This document shows, piece after piece, positions 19,840 to 29,713 of a stretch of DNA of 64,000 bases (position 1 is the stretch's first letter; each line of letters opens with the position of its first letter). The notes beneath the pieces were generated by a model, which was not told the origin of the DNA, made no database searches, and saw nothing but the letters and a program-made list of their open reading frames with translations. The position numbers were made by a program, and so were the translations under genes. Source of the stretch: Myxococcota bacterium (GTDB lineage Bacteria > Myxococcota_A > SURF-8 > G963677705); contig OY782497.1 in NCBI GenBank assembly GCA_963677705.1, positions 4,152,627-4,216,626 on the forward strand, written 5' to 3'.

Positions 19840-20503
19840 ACATCAAACACACCTGCCGTCTTCTATTTTCAGACAAGGATTCAGGCAGGTTGTGGAAAAC
19901 GTCAGAAAGTATTTCAAGGATATGTCCAATGACAATCCCAGATTCATGTTCATAGCTTCTCGTTGAATTGTCCACGACCCGACATCCCCCCAAGGCAGTG
20001 GTGCCCAGCGACCCTTACGAACCGCTTGGCTGAGGCTAGGTTGTAGCAAATTCGCCCAAGAAATCCAGCAAAGATCATCAACGAAATCGAAAAAGACTCC
20101 CTTTCACGCTATTTTTTCCCGCCGTGCAAGGATTCGTCTACCTTTTGTTCGGCGACTGAACAGAAAACAGAAGGTTCTTCAGCGACAATGTTATCATATA
20201 TAATTCTGGTATCCTTTGGTCCTGTAGAGGATATTCATCCAGTTATTCCAGGTTCCTAGCGAACACATCACAGGTTCTAAACGCTCAATTCCATAAGACA
20301 TTCCCTTTCTGATACACCATAAAAGGGCTTTCGCCGACCACTAGATAAACGGAAAAACAAAGCGTCATGGTAAGGAAGAAAAAAGCTAGGATATGATATG
20401 CTTCTTGTGTTATAGCATATCCCACCTGTGCTGCTTTGATTCACAATCCGGGTACTCCGGAACTCAGTGTATTGTTGGATGTATTGCCTGAAAAGGAAGG
20501 GTC
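19840..20503. promoter_or_regulatory. 660-bp AT-rich non-coding region upstream of the Rrf2 regulator; contains the palindrome ggatatgatat-N12-atagcatatcc (20389-20422)
   Basis: The GC content falls sharply relative to its surroundings. A 10/11 inverted repeat lies about 80 bp upstream of the Rrf2 start codon, and a GGAAGGG RBS precedes the ATG. Confidence 0.35.
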
Positions 20504-20941
20504 ATGAAACTCACCGCGCAGATCGAGTATGCCTACTGGGCTTTGCTGGACATCACCGAGCGTTTCTCGCTTGATTTTCCCATCAACCTTAATGAGATTT
20601 CTCACCGAAACGGTATTCCGGAGAAGTATCTTCTGCAAGTCATGCTGAAATTGAAAAAGCAGGGGATTGTCACCAGCCGTCGCGGCAGCGGTGGAGGCTT
20701 TCAACTGACCCGCAAACCGGAGGAGATCCGTTTTGCCGAAGTGGTGGAGGTTCTCTCCGATGGGTTGGAACCGGCCACGTCCCGTTGTTTCGATAAAGAC
20801 AGCTGTGCCCTTCCCAGTATTTGGGCTCAGGCCAACCAGGCCTTTTACAAGGAACTACGTCAGTTCAACCTGAAGCAGCTTCTGCAAAAGGAAAAGCGCC
20901 TGAGAGGGAAAAAGACACAAGGCAAAGTCCGCGCGGTCTGA
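20504..20941 (+). CDS. Rrf2-family transcriptional regulator
   Basis: wHTH region LNEISHRNGIPEKYLLQVMLKLKKQGIVTSRRGSGGGFQL is typical of Rrf2/BadM. Confidence 0.8.
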   Translation: MKLTAQIEYAYWALLDITERFSLDFPINLNEISHRNGIPEKYLLQVMLKLKKQGIVTSRRGSGGGFQLTRKPEEIRFAEVVEVLSDGLEPATSRCFDKDSCALPSIWAQANQAFYKELRQFNLKQLLQKEKRLRGKKTQGKVRAV

Positions 20942-21188
20942 TTCCAACCTAGAGGGCGCAGGTTGCGTTTCTTGCCTTACCTGTGACAGCCTGTCTGTCA
21001 GCGGGATGGTTTCCTGTTGATTTTATCCAAGCCTCGCGCCCTTTCTCTTCTTTGGCTTCCCTTTCTTTTCAGCGTTGTTTGATTGCTTCAACATCCGCGG
21101 CATGGACGCCGCGGGGTGTCGCATCGTTTTTCTATCGTGAACCTGAAACGATCCGTGATGGATCGTTTCAAGGCGCCATTCCGTCCTG

Positions 21189-22083
21189 TCAACTTTTTAT
21201 CCATCGAACCGTCAATACCTGCTTCTCCGTCGGGAGTGGTGTCTGAGCCAGGAACTGAGAGAACGCCTCATCCCAGGTCGGTAGGGGAGGCAGTCCAAGT
21301 GAGCGTAAGCGATCCATTGACAACAAACCATTCCGGGGTCTTGGGGCCGGACGGTTCAGTTCTTCCGTGCTTTGCGGATGGATTCTCGCCTGCATCCCTG
21401 CGGCACGGAGGATCTCTTCGGCAAAACCGAACCAGCTTGTGCGCCCTTCACAACAGGCGTGAAGCACCCCGGATAGATCCGGCCTTTCCACCAACGCGAT
21501 GCAAAGGTGAGCCAGTGAAAAGGTCCAGGTCGGTTGAATCCATTGATCGTTGACCACCCGACGCGTCTTGCCGGAGCGGGCTTGCTCCAGAATGGTGGAA
21601 ACGAAGTTCCCGGTTCCATAGCGGCCATACAGGGCGCTGGTGCGCAGAATCAGACAGTCCCGATGAATCGCCATCGCCTTGTGTTCGCCTGCCAGCATCG
21701 TCTGACCATAAACCGAGAATGGCTCGGCCTGGTCTTCTTCATGATAGGGTGAGGTTCGTTCACCGGAAAACACATAGTTGGTAGAGAGCGTGATCAGCCG
21801 GATTCCTCTGGCCGCGCAGGTACGAGCCAGGTTGGCCGGGCCGTCTTCATTGATTCGGCGGGCCTGCTCCGAGTTTTCTTGGCAGTCATCCACCTTGTTG
21901 TAGGCCGCCGTGTTGATCAGCACATCGGGGCGGGTATGTTCGAGGGTGCGTTCCACGGCCTCGGCTTGTTCAATGGGCATCTCTGCGTGGCTCACCCCTT
22001 GACCCTGGTGCGGGCTTCGCGCCAACAGCGCCAACAGCTCACCGGCCAGTTGCCCAGCACTCCCTGTAACCAGTACCTTCACA
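21189..22083 (-). CDS. rfbD: dTDP-4-dehydrorhamnose reductase (RmlD/RfbD)
   Basis: VKVLVTGSAGQLAG Rossmann motif plus an RmlD substrate-binding-like C-terminus. Probable GTG start at 22083 with an AAGGA RBS. Confidence 0.65.
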
Positions 22084-22127
22084 AGCGTTCCTTTCACCCT
22101 GAAGATGAAGGATTTCTTTCTCACATT

Positions 22128-22169
22128 TTTGCAACGAAAACAAAAGGCCGGTTGCAAGCAACCGGCCTT
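22128..22169 (-). terminator. Rho-independent terminator downstream of tsf
   Basis: Stem ggccggtt / aaccggcc with a 6-nt loop, followed on the minus strand by uuuuguuuucg. Confidence 0.5.
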
Positions 22170-22201
22170 GAAGATCCATTCTTGAGGCTGTCACGCAGGC
22201 A

Positions 22202-23140
22202 TTAGCCCTTGTTGAGCTGTTCGGCGACTTCGCTGGCCAGATCGTTGGAGCGTTTCTCCAAACCTTCACCCAATTGCATACGGGCGAAGCGACGCACGGT
22301 CACGGTGTCGTCCAGTTCCTTACCGATGGTGCCAAGAAGACCTTTCACCGTGGTGTTGGTGTCATGCACCCAGGCTTGTTCCAGCAGGCAGGCATCTTTG
22401 AAGTATTTCTTCATTTTGCCATCGACGATCTTGTCCCACATTTTTTCCGGTTTACCGGACTGGGCTACCTGATCTTTGTAAATGGCGCGCTCACGCTCCA
22501 CGGCATCGGCGGGGACTTCGTCCTCGGTCACGGCCACGGGCATCGCGGCGGCGATCTGCATACCCATCTTGTGGGCCATATCTTTGATCGTGTCGTTCTT
22601 CGCCGTGTCGGCTTTGGTGGTGCCGACTTCCACCAGCACGCCCAGCTTGCCACCCATATGGACGTAAGCATCCAACAGGCCTTCACCCTGCACTTCATAC
22701 ATTTCAAAGCGGCGGGGGCTGATGTTTTCACCGATCACGCCCACCATCTGCGCGGCGGCATCTTTCACGGTGACGCTGGCATCGCCGATCCAGGTCTGAG
22801 CCAGGCACTCATCCATGTTGGCCGGTTTGTTCTCGATGATGTGTTTTTGCAGATCCTCGGTGAACTTGATGAAGTCCGGGTTCTTGGCCACGAAATCGCT
22901 TTCGCAGTTGACTTCCACCACCACACCTTGTTTGCCATCTTCGGTAACCATCGCGCTGACCAGACCTTCGCTGGTGATGCGACCGGCTTTTTTCGCCGCA
23001 GCGGCCATCCCTTTTTTACGAAGATAATCCACGGCGGCTTCGATATCGCCGTTGGCTTCGGTAAGAGCTTTTTTGCAATCCATCATCCCTGCGCCGGTTT
23101 TCTCACGCAGTTCTTTGACCATACTAGCGGTAACCTGCAT
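22202..23140 (-). CDS. tsf: Elongation factor Ts
   Basis: N-terminal UBA-like MQVTASMVKELREKTGAGMMDCKKALTEANGDIEAAVDYLRKKG and EF-Ts dimerisation domains. Confidence 0.9.
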   Translation of the reverse strand: MQVTASMVKELREKTGAGMMDCKKALTEANGDIEAAVDYLRKKGMAAAAKKAGRITSEGLVSAMVTEDGKQGVVVEVNCESDFVAKNPDFIKFTEDLQKHIIENKPANMDECLAQTWIGDASVTVKDAAAQMVGVIGENISPRRFEMYEVQGEGLLDAYVHMGGKLGVLVEVGTTKADTAKNDTIKDMAHKMGMQIAAAMPVAVTEDEVPADAVERERAIYKDQVAQSGKPEKMWDKIVDGKMKKYFKDACLLEQAWVHDTNTTVKGLLGTIGKELDDTVTVRRFARMQLGEGLEKRSNDLASEVAEQLNKG

Positions 23141-23253
23141 TGTTCCTTCCTTTCCTTGAAAAGACCGGAGTTTTGCTCCGTATCTTGCTTTCTTCGGTCT
23201 TGCATACCCCATAGGATCAACAAGGGCCGGTTACCCGGCCCGTGTCATCGGGA

Positions 23254-24144
23254 TTATTCGCCTTTGGCTTCGCCCTCGGCGGGCTTGGCTTCCGCCTTGG
23301 GCGCGGCGTCGGATTGGGCCGGAGCGGGGGTTTCGCTACCGGCACTTTGTCCCTTCGGGCTGGGGCCTGTTTTCTTCACATGCTTCACAGCAGGACCACG
23401 ACGGCCACCGCCACGACCCTGACGCGGATCGCGATCTTCAGGCGCTTTTTCTTTGTACAGAGCCTGGCCTTCCAGGCAGGCATCGGCGATGCGGCTGGCG
23501 AAGAGTTTCACCGAGCGGATGGCATCGTCGTTACCGGGGATGATGTAATCCACGCCCGCCGGGTCGCAGTTGGTGTCGCAGATGGCGATAACCGGGATAC
23601 CCAGGTTCTTCGCTTCACGCACGGCGATGTTTTCACGGTGCGGGTCAATGACGAAGATCATGCCGGGCAGACGACCCATTTTGCGGATACCGGACAAGTT
23701 GCGGGCCAGTTTCTGGCGCAGCTTGTCTTTCATCATCGATTCTTTTTTGGTGCGCACGCGGTAGTTGCCTTCCTCGTGCTGCTTTTCCAACTCGTTGTAT
23801 TTTTCCACGCTCTCACGGATGGTGCGGTAGTTGGTCAACATACCACCCAACCAGCGGTTGGTGACGTAGAATCCGTTGCAGCGTTCGGCTTCAGCCTGGA
23901 TGGTTTCTACGGCCTGGCGCTTGGTGCCGACGAAGAGAATCTGTTCGCCGTCGCTGGCCCGCTCACGCACGAATTCAAAGGCGTCTTTGAACATCGTCAC
24001 GGTCTGCTGCAAGTCGATGATATGGACTTTGTTGCGGGCGCCGAAGATGTATTTTTTCATCTTGGGGTTCCACTTGCGGGTTTGATGCCCGAAATGGACG
24101 CCGGCTTCCAACAGTTCTTTCATGGAGATAGGTAGGCTCATCAT
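23254..24144 (-). CDS. rpsB: 30S ribosomal protein S2, with Ala/Lys/Glu-rich C-terminal extension
   Basis: LLEAGVHFGHQTRKWNPKMKKYIFGARNKVHIIDL matches the S2 signature. Confidence 0.9.
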   Translation of the reverse strand: MMSLPISMKELLEAGVHFGHQTRKWNPKMKKYIFGARNKVHIIDLQQTVTMFKDAFEFVRERASDGEQILFVGTKRQAVETIQAEAERCNGFYVTNRWLGGMLTNYRTIRESVEKYNELEKQHEEGNYRVRTKKESMMKDKLRQKLARNLSGIRKMGRLPGMIFVIDPHRENIAVREAKNLGIPVIAICDTNCDPAGVDYIIPGNDDAIRSVKLFASRIADACLEGQALYKEKAPEDRDPRQGRGGGRRGPAVKHVKKTGPSPKGQSAGSETPAPAQSDAAPKAEAKPAEGEAKGE

Positions 24145-24403
24145 CGTTCCTTTCGTGTTAAGCCTCCACCCTGTTCATCCGCAAAGTTCACGACGTTTTT
24201 TCGGTCGTCGCACACGGCTTTGCGTCCGAGGGTGTGCGTGATCAAAGTACCCCGAAACCTTCTTCCGGAGTTTCAAAAGACGCGCGTGTGTAGCACGCCA
24301 TGAAGGATTAATCAAGCCTTTGTCCGCGATTTTACGAATTTTTTACCGGATCTTGACCATGCCGGAAGGCCGGTTGGTCACAACGGCTCGCCCTTTCGGT
24401 TTA

Positions 24404-24967
24404 TCAAGATATACGCTCTTGATATTCTTCCAGAAATTCAAGAATCACCGGCAATTCATGAAGCGAAAGCCTCACGGGAAGCTCGGCGGGGAAATCCTGT
24501 AAAAAAGTCTGGTTGACCGTGGTCAAAAGCAGGTTGAAGGTGTCCAGATTGACGAACTCCCCGGCGTCCAGGCCGTCCAGATCCAGGGTTTCGTAGTTCA
24601 ATTCGCAACTGGTCACACGGATCGGCGGGTCATCCGGCGATTCCCTTACCACAAAGGCCAGGCCATGACTTCGGCAGAGCAAGGGGCGATGTTCGTAGAC
24701 CAGGCAGCGCTTGTTCACCAACAAAGGGCAGGGGCCTTCGGCCTGGGGATCACTGGCGGCCAGAGCTTGACGAACCGCCACGGATGCCGTGTCATCCCCA
24801 AGCAAGCGGGAGGCGATGTATACCAGTTCCACGGCGGAAAAACTCAGGGCATAGCGGCAGCAATCCGCGCAACCCTCCCCGCAGCGCAGGTGCTTTTGAT
24901 GAGCCTGTTCCAGTTTCCGGCACAAGGTATCCACTTTGCTTTGAAGATGCAGGTAGCTGTCAAACAT
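24404..24967 (-). CDS. YkgJ/UPF0153-family putative Fe-S or Zn-binding protein
   Basis: CGEGCADCC cluster motif and further conserved Cys. Confidence 0.55.
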   Translation of the reverse strand: MFDSYLHLQSKVDTLCRKLEQAHQKHLRCGEGCADCCRYALSFSAVELVYIASRLLGDDTASVAVRQALAASDPQAEGPCPLLVNKRCLVYEHRPLLCRSHGLAFVVRESPDDPPIRVTSCELNYETLDLDGLDAGEFVNLDTFNLLLTTVNQTFLQDFPAELPVRLSLHELPVILEFLEEYQERIS

Positions 24968-25072
24968 CGAGGCTCCATTCCATGCAAAAACCCCCGCCTG
25001 AAGGCGGGGGACATTCGATTGATCTTTCGCTCGTTCTCATCGGATACCTTGGGGTATCCCGGAGAAGGATTC

Positions 25073-26884
25073 TCAGGCAACGGTCTGACGACGGCGCATT
25101 ACGGCAGCCAGACCCAGCAAGCCCATTAACAGGGTGGCCCCAAGGCCGGTTTGCGTACAGCCATCGGAACCGCCGCCATCGGCTTCTGCACCATCGGGGG
25201 CTTCGGTATCCCCATCGGTCGCCGTCCAACTATCGTCGTCATCATCGGTGAGGGAATCATCATCATCGTCGTCGGTGGCGTCATCGTCGTCGTCGGTGAC
25301 ATCTCCATCGCTCAGGTCGTCGTCGTCATCATCGCTGACTTCCTCATCGCCGTCCTCATCGCCGTCTTCATCTCCATCGGGTTCTTCGGGGCATTCCCAA
25401 ACGCAGACCTGTTCCTGGCAGGAATAGGCGCCGCCCGTGCAATCGGTCGCCGGGCTTAGGGCTTCACAATCGCTGTCCTGGGTGCAGACGCGCTCTTCGG
25501 GGCAGATCCACTGGCATTCGCTGGTTGCCGTGGCGCATTCCCAATGACCCCCGCTGCAATCGGACAGCCCTTCGCCGGTACAGTCGGCGTTGGTGGTGCA
25601 ACTCTGTTCCGGATCACAGACCCAACCGCATTCGTTGCTCAGGCATTCCCAGTGGCCATCGCAGGGAGCGGGAGGATCTCCGGAGCAGTCATTATCACTC
25701 TGGCAACTGGGGCGCACGCCCAACTCGAAGTAATCCAACACAGTGCCGTCAATTTCTTTCACCGTAAACTTCATCACGGTGTCCTGCACTTCAACCATGA
25801 TGTAGTGATAGGCTTTATGCTGGAGTTCCACTTCGTGAACGTAGAGCTGGTCCAGCAGTTCGCCATCGGGTTCTTCCAGTTCCGCACCACCGCCACCGGT
25901 GTTGATGTAGGGAAGGCCGTTCTGAGCCAGCCCGCGTTCATAGAACGCATCGTTGCCGGAAAGAAGCAGATCCACCTTGTTGACGCGGAAATCGAAAAGA
26001 AGGCCGCGAATCTCCGCCGAACCGCTTCGGCCATCCGCGCCGCTGTATGCGCCTTCGTGAGACAGCACCAGAATGTGGTCGATATTCGTGTTGGCGGCGG
26101 CATTCACCAGTTCCGTGTTCAGCCATGCCGCCTGGTTTTCATTGAGGCAGCGGGAAAGGAAAAGGATGTCCGGGCAGAGCCACTGAGGCAGGGTGTTGAC
26201 CACATCGTCAATGACGATCACATGCACGTTGGCATAGGTGAAGCTGTAGTATTCTTCGCGCCCGCTGCTCTCATGGGGAATCTCGAAGGCATCAATGAAG
26301 TTGCTGCCGGATTGGCTTTCGCCCTGGTCCGTTTTCCCGATCACCGGATAAATGGCATGGCCGCTCATCAAGGGCTCTTCAATGTCGAAGAATTCGGCCC
26401 ACTGCTCGGCATTGTCGCCTTCCGCGACCAGGTTTCCGGCGTGGATGTAGAAGTCGAAGGTTTCCGTCGCCATACGCTGCACCACCTGCCGGTGCTTTTC
26501 CGCATCGCCCTGGGTGTTGCCGAGAATAAGAAAACGGAAGGTGCTTCCGGCCAAGGGCATGGCCTTGAAGGTGGTCGTTTCGGTGATCGCGGCCCCATCC
26601 ACCCATACTTGGTAATCATAGCGACTCCCCGGCGTCAAACCTTCCAGGGTGATCCGGTGACGGAAGGCTGCCGTGCTGGAAACGCTTTGTGCCATTGCCT
26701 GCCCTTGAGGACCGTAATGGACTTCGGCGGCCAGCGCGTCATCCAGATCGAAGACGAGCATCACCGAGGTGGGAAGCATACGTTGCACAAAGGGGCCGCG
26801 GGTTACCTCAGCGGCTTGGGCCAGTGCCGAGGCACAGAGGAGGCATAAGGCCACCAGGAGGCCGGTCAGACGAGTGGGTGCCAT
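25073..26884 (-). CDS. Secreted purple-acid-phosphatase-like metallophosphatase with triplicated Cys-rich modules, a poly-Asp tract and a MYXO-CTERM-like C-terminal sorting tail
   Basis: Signal peptide, calcineurin-like motifs (GNTQGD, HAGNLVAEGD), 3x (C..DC..G..C.GGHWEC...EC.W.C.PE), then DDDDD tracts and GCTQTGLGATLLMGLLGLAAVMRRRQ. Confidence 0.65.
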   Translation of the reverse strand: MAPTRLTGLLVALCLLCASALAQAAEVTRGPFVQRMLPTSVMLVFDLDDALAAEVHYGPQGQAMAQSVSSTAAFRHRITLEGLTPGSRYDYQVWVDGAAITETTTFKAMPLAGSTFRFLILGNTQGDAEKHRQVVQRMATETFDFYIHAGNLVAEGDNAEQWAEFFDIEEPLMSGHAIYPVIGKTDQGESQSGSNFIDAFEIPHESSGREEYYSFTYANVHVIVIDDVVNTLPQWLCPDILFLSRCLNENQAAWLNTELVNAAANTNIDHILVLSHEGAYSGADGRSGSAEIRGLLFDFRVNKVDLLLSGNDAFYERGLAQNGLPYINTGGGGAELEEPDGELLDQLYVHEVELQHKAYHYIMVEVQDTVMKFTVKEIDGTVLDYFELGVRPSCQSDNDCSGDPPAPCDGHWECLSNECGWVCDPEQSCTTNADCTGEGLSDCSGGHWECATATSECQWICPEERVCTQDSDCEALSPATDCTGGAYSCQEQVCVWECPEEPDGDEDGDEDGDEEVSDDDDDDLSDGDVTDDDDDATDDDDDDSLTDDDDDSWTATDGDTEAPDGAEADGGGSDGCTQTGLGATLLMGLLGLAAVMRRRQTVA

Positions 26885-26995
26885 GAGAATCTCCTTTTCT
26901 TCGGATCGGGGGTTTTTCTACAAACCACGATCATACACTGCTTCGTTCAAAACAATGCCCAAGTGTACCAATCCGTCGAAAAAACTCAAGGTTTT

Positions 26996-28204
26996 TCAGT
27001 CTTTTGCGAACGATTCCAAGCGGCGTTCCGGATTGTCTCCCCAACCTCGGCCCACTTCGTAAAGATACAGTTGGGTTGCCAGGGGGCCATTGTGCCAGGG
27101 AAGGACATGGTAGGGTTTCATGGAAAAGCGCTTGCGGAAGTGCGGATGCGCACAGAACATCGCCGCCCGGAAATGGCCAAGCCCTTTCCAGGTTTCGCCA
27201 AGGGCTTCATACAGATCCAGCAGTTTGCCTTCAGGCGGGTCCATACGCTCACCATAGGGAGGGTTGGCCACCAGCAGGGTGTGCAGATCCGGCAGGGTAA
27301 TCTGGCGGGCGTCTCGTTTCATCACCCGCACGATACCGCCTACTCCGGCATGTTCACAGTTGCTGATGGCCAGACGGACCGCTTTGGGCTGCACGTCCGA
27401 GCCGATAATCGGCGCCGCATTCCGTCTCTTGGGAATGCCGCCTTCGCGTTTTTTCTCATCCAGTTCACGCTTTGCAGCGCGGCTCATCTGCGGCCAGCGT
27501 TCAAACCCGAAGGTCTGCCGACGCCCCGGAGCCAGGCCCAAGGCCCACTCCGCCGCTTCAATCAGGAAGGTTCCCGAACCGCACATCGGGTCAAGCAGGG
27601 GTTCTTGTCCGGTGTACCCCGCAGCGGCCAAAATGGCAGCGGCCAGGTTTTCCTTCAAAGGCGCTTTGTGACCGCTGAGGCGGTAGCCGCGACGGTGCAG
27701 GCTGTCGCCGGAGAGATCCAGGCTGAGGGTGCAACGCCCTTTGAAATCTAGGCGCACGGTAACGCGAATATCTGGATCATCCTTGTTGACATCGGGACGA
27801 CGTCCCGTTTTGTCACGCATCTTATCTGCCATCGCATCTTTCACCCGCAGCGCCAGATACCCACTGTGGCGAATCTCTCCGTACTGCCCGTTGCCTTCCA
27901 CGGCAAAGGTGGCATGGCTGTGCAGGTGTTCTTCCCAGGCGATGGCCTTGGTGTTCTCGTAGAGATCATCGCGGTTGCTGGCATGGAAGGTCGCCAGGGG
28001 TTGCAGCACACGGCTGGCCAGTCGGGACCACAAGCAGGCGTCGTATCCATGATCCGGGTTATCACCGAACCACACGCCCTGATCTCCGATCTTGACCGGC
28101 TTCAAGGCAAGCCGTTGCAGTTCTTCAAAGAGGAAGGGTTCACATCCTTTGAAACAGGTGGCAAAAAAACTGGCTGGATGCTGGGTCATGGCAGGAGTCT
28201 CCAC
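26996..28204 (-). CDS. THUMP-domain class I SAM-dependent RNA methyltransferase (RlmL/RlmK-like, N6-adenine/N2-guanine family)
   Basis: LLDPMCGSGTFLIEAA SAM motif and VANPPYGERM catalytic motif. Confidence 0.7.
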   Translation of the reverse strand: METPAMTQHPASFFATCFKGCEPFLFEELQRLALKPVKIGDQGVWFGDNPDHGYDACLWSRLASRVLQPLATFHASNRDDLYENTKAIAWEEHLHSHATFAVEGNGQYGEIRHSGYLALRVKDAMADKMRDKTGRRPDVNKDDPDIRVTVRLDFKGRCTLSLDLSGDSLHRRGYRLSGHKAPLKENLAAAILAAAGYTGQEPLLDPMCGSGTFLIEAAEWALGLAPGRRQTFGFERWPQMSRAAKRELDEKKREGGIPKRRNAAPIIGSDVQPKAVRLAISNCEHAGVGGIVRVMKRDARQITLPDLHTLLVANPPYGERMDPPEGKLLDLYEALGETWKGLGHFRAAMFCAHPHFRKRFSMKPYHVLPWHNGPLATQLYLYEVGRGWGDNPERRLESFAKD

Positions 28205-28391
28205 AAGGTTCAGTCAACGCCCGGCGTTCTAGCGGATTTTCGATCCGGGTGCAATAGTTATCGGCGAATTCCTGCAAAAGATGGGATCTCGGCCTGATCC
28301 TCTGATACGTTTTCCGGTTCCTGCCCAAGAAAAACCCCGCAGGATTGCGAGGCTCTCTGCGGGGGTTGAAGCTTGTCGGAACTCTGTGAAA

Positions 28392-29303
28392 TCAGATCAG
28401 CGCCGTACTGAAATAGCGCTCGGCTCGGTCGGGCAGAAGGGTGACCACGTTCTTGCCTTCGCCCAATTCTTCCGCCACACGCATGGCGACATGCACGTTG
28501 GCACCGGAACTGGTTCCCACAAGAATACCGTGGCGTCGGGCCAATTGCCGCGTCATGTAAATGGCGTCGTCATCGCTGGCGCAGATCACCTGGTCAAAGA
28601 GGCTGGTGTCCAACACGCCGGGGACAAAGCCATCGCCGATGCCCTGAATCTGGTGGATTTTATGCAGGCCGGGTTCCTGACCCAACAGGGCGCTGGCTCC
28701 TTCGGGTTCAATGGCGACCAGTTTGACCTTGGGGTTCTTTTCCTTGAGGAATTTTCCCACACCCTGCAAGGTTCCACCGGAACCGACCCCGGCGACGAAG
28801 GCATCCACCTTGCCATCCATCTGTTTCCAGATTTCCGGGCCGGTGGTTTCATAATGCACTTCCGGGTTGTGCGGGTTATTGAACTGATCGACCAACCAGC
28901 AGTTGCCGTTTCGGGCGATGATTTCCTGGGCTTTGTCTACCGTGCCGGAGATGCTCAGTTCCGCCGGTGTGGGAACCAACTCCGCACCCAGGGCACGGAT
29001 GATTTTCTTCCGTTCCTCGCTCATGCTCTCCGGCATGACGATCACCACGCGGTAGCCTTTCTGTCTACCGACCAGAGCAATGCCGATTCCCGTGTTGCCG
29101 CTGGTGGCTTCCACAATCACCGTGTCTTTGGTCAGCTTGCCTTCTTTTTCCGCGCATTCAATCAGATGCTTGGCAATGCGGTCTTTCACCGAGCCACCGG
29201 GGTTGAGAAACTCCGCTTTGGCGAAAATCGGTGGGCTTACCGTATTGGGAATCTTGATCATCGGGGTGTTGCCGATCAATTCCAGAACCGAGTGGGTATC
29301 CAT
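28392..29303 (-). CDS. cysK: Cysteine synthase (O-acetylserine sulfhydrylase)
   Basis: PLP motifs SVKDRIA, TSGNTGIGIA and GTGGT-like glycine loops. Confidence 0.85.
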   Translation of the reverse strand: MDTHSVLELIGNTPMIKIPNTVSPPIFAKAEFLNPGGSVKDRIAKHLIECAEKEGKLTKDTVIVEATSGNTGIGIALVGRQKGYRVVIVMPESMSEERKKIIRALGAELVPTPAELSISGTVDKAQEIIARNGNCWLVDQFNNPHNPEVHYETTGPEIWKQMDGKVDAFVAGVGSGGTLQGVGKFLKEKNPKVKLVAIEPEGASALLGQEPGLHKIHQIQGIGDGFVPGVLDTSLFDQVICASDDDAIYMTRQLARRHGILVGTSSGANVHVAMRVAEELGEGKNVVTLLPDRAERYFSTALI

Positions 29304-29713
29304 AAGTCGCCTCCCTGGGCAGAAATGCGCTGGAACAAAGGTTCAGCCTGCGTTGAATGGCGGGGATTATCGCCAAGTCACCCCCTTGGGTCAAAGAAAT
29401 TCCACACCTGTTGTGTTTTTTGAGCGTGTCCATAGATTTTCAGGATGATTGGATGAATCTTCCCAAGCGGAGCATGATCTGTTGATCCTTGAAAAAAGCA
29501 AGTGCTTTCCGGCAGGATTTCCCCCTGGAATCAGGCGCTCCTGCTCTGTGATCCCTTCTTTCATGGCGGGATTTCCCTTGCGTCCATTTCGTTCGTATGC
29601 TAGATTGGTGCCAACTTGGAGGGCGAACTCTACAGAATGGACGATCGGTCGAAAGACCAAGGCGATTGCAGGTACGACAGAAAACCTCTTGTGGACCGTG
29701 AGGGATAGACAAC

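Noticed and set aside
20440-20500. Sigma-54 promoter upstream of Rrf2 (ttggatgtattgcc) and upstream of the rSAM gene (tggcaatttcgtgcat)
   Set aside because: GG-N10-GC spacing is not satisfied (off by one or more) despite rpoN being present in the window.
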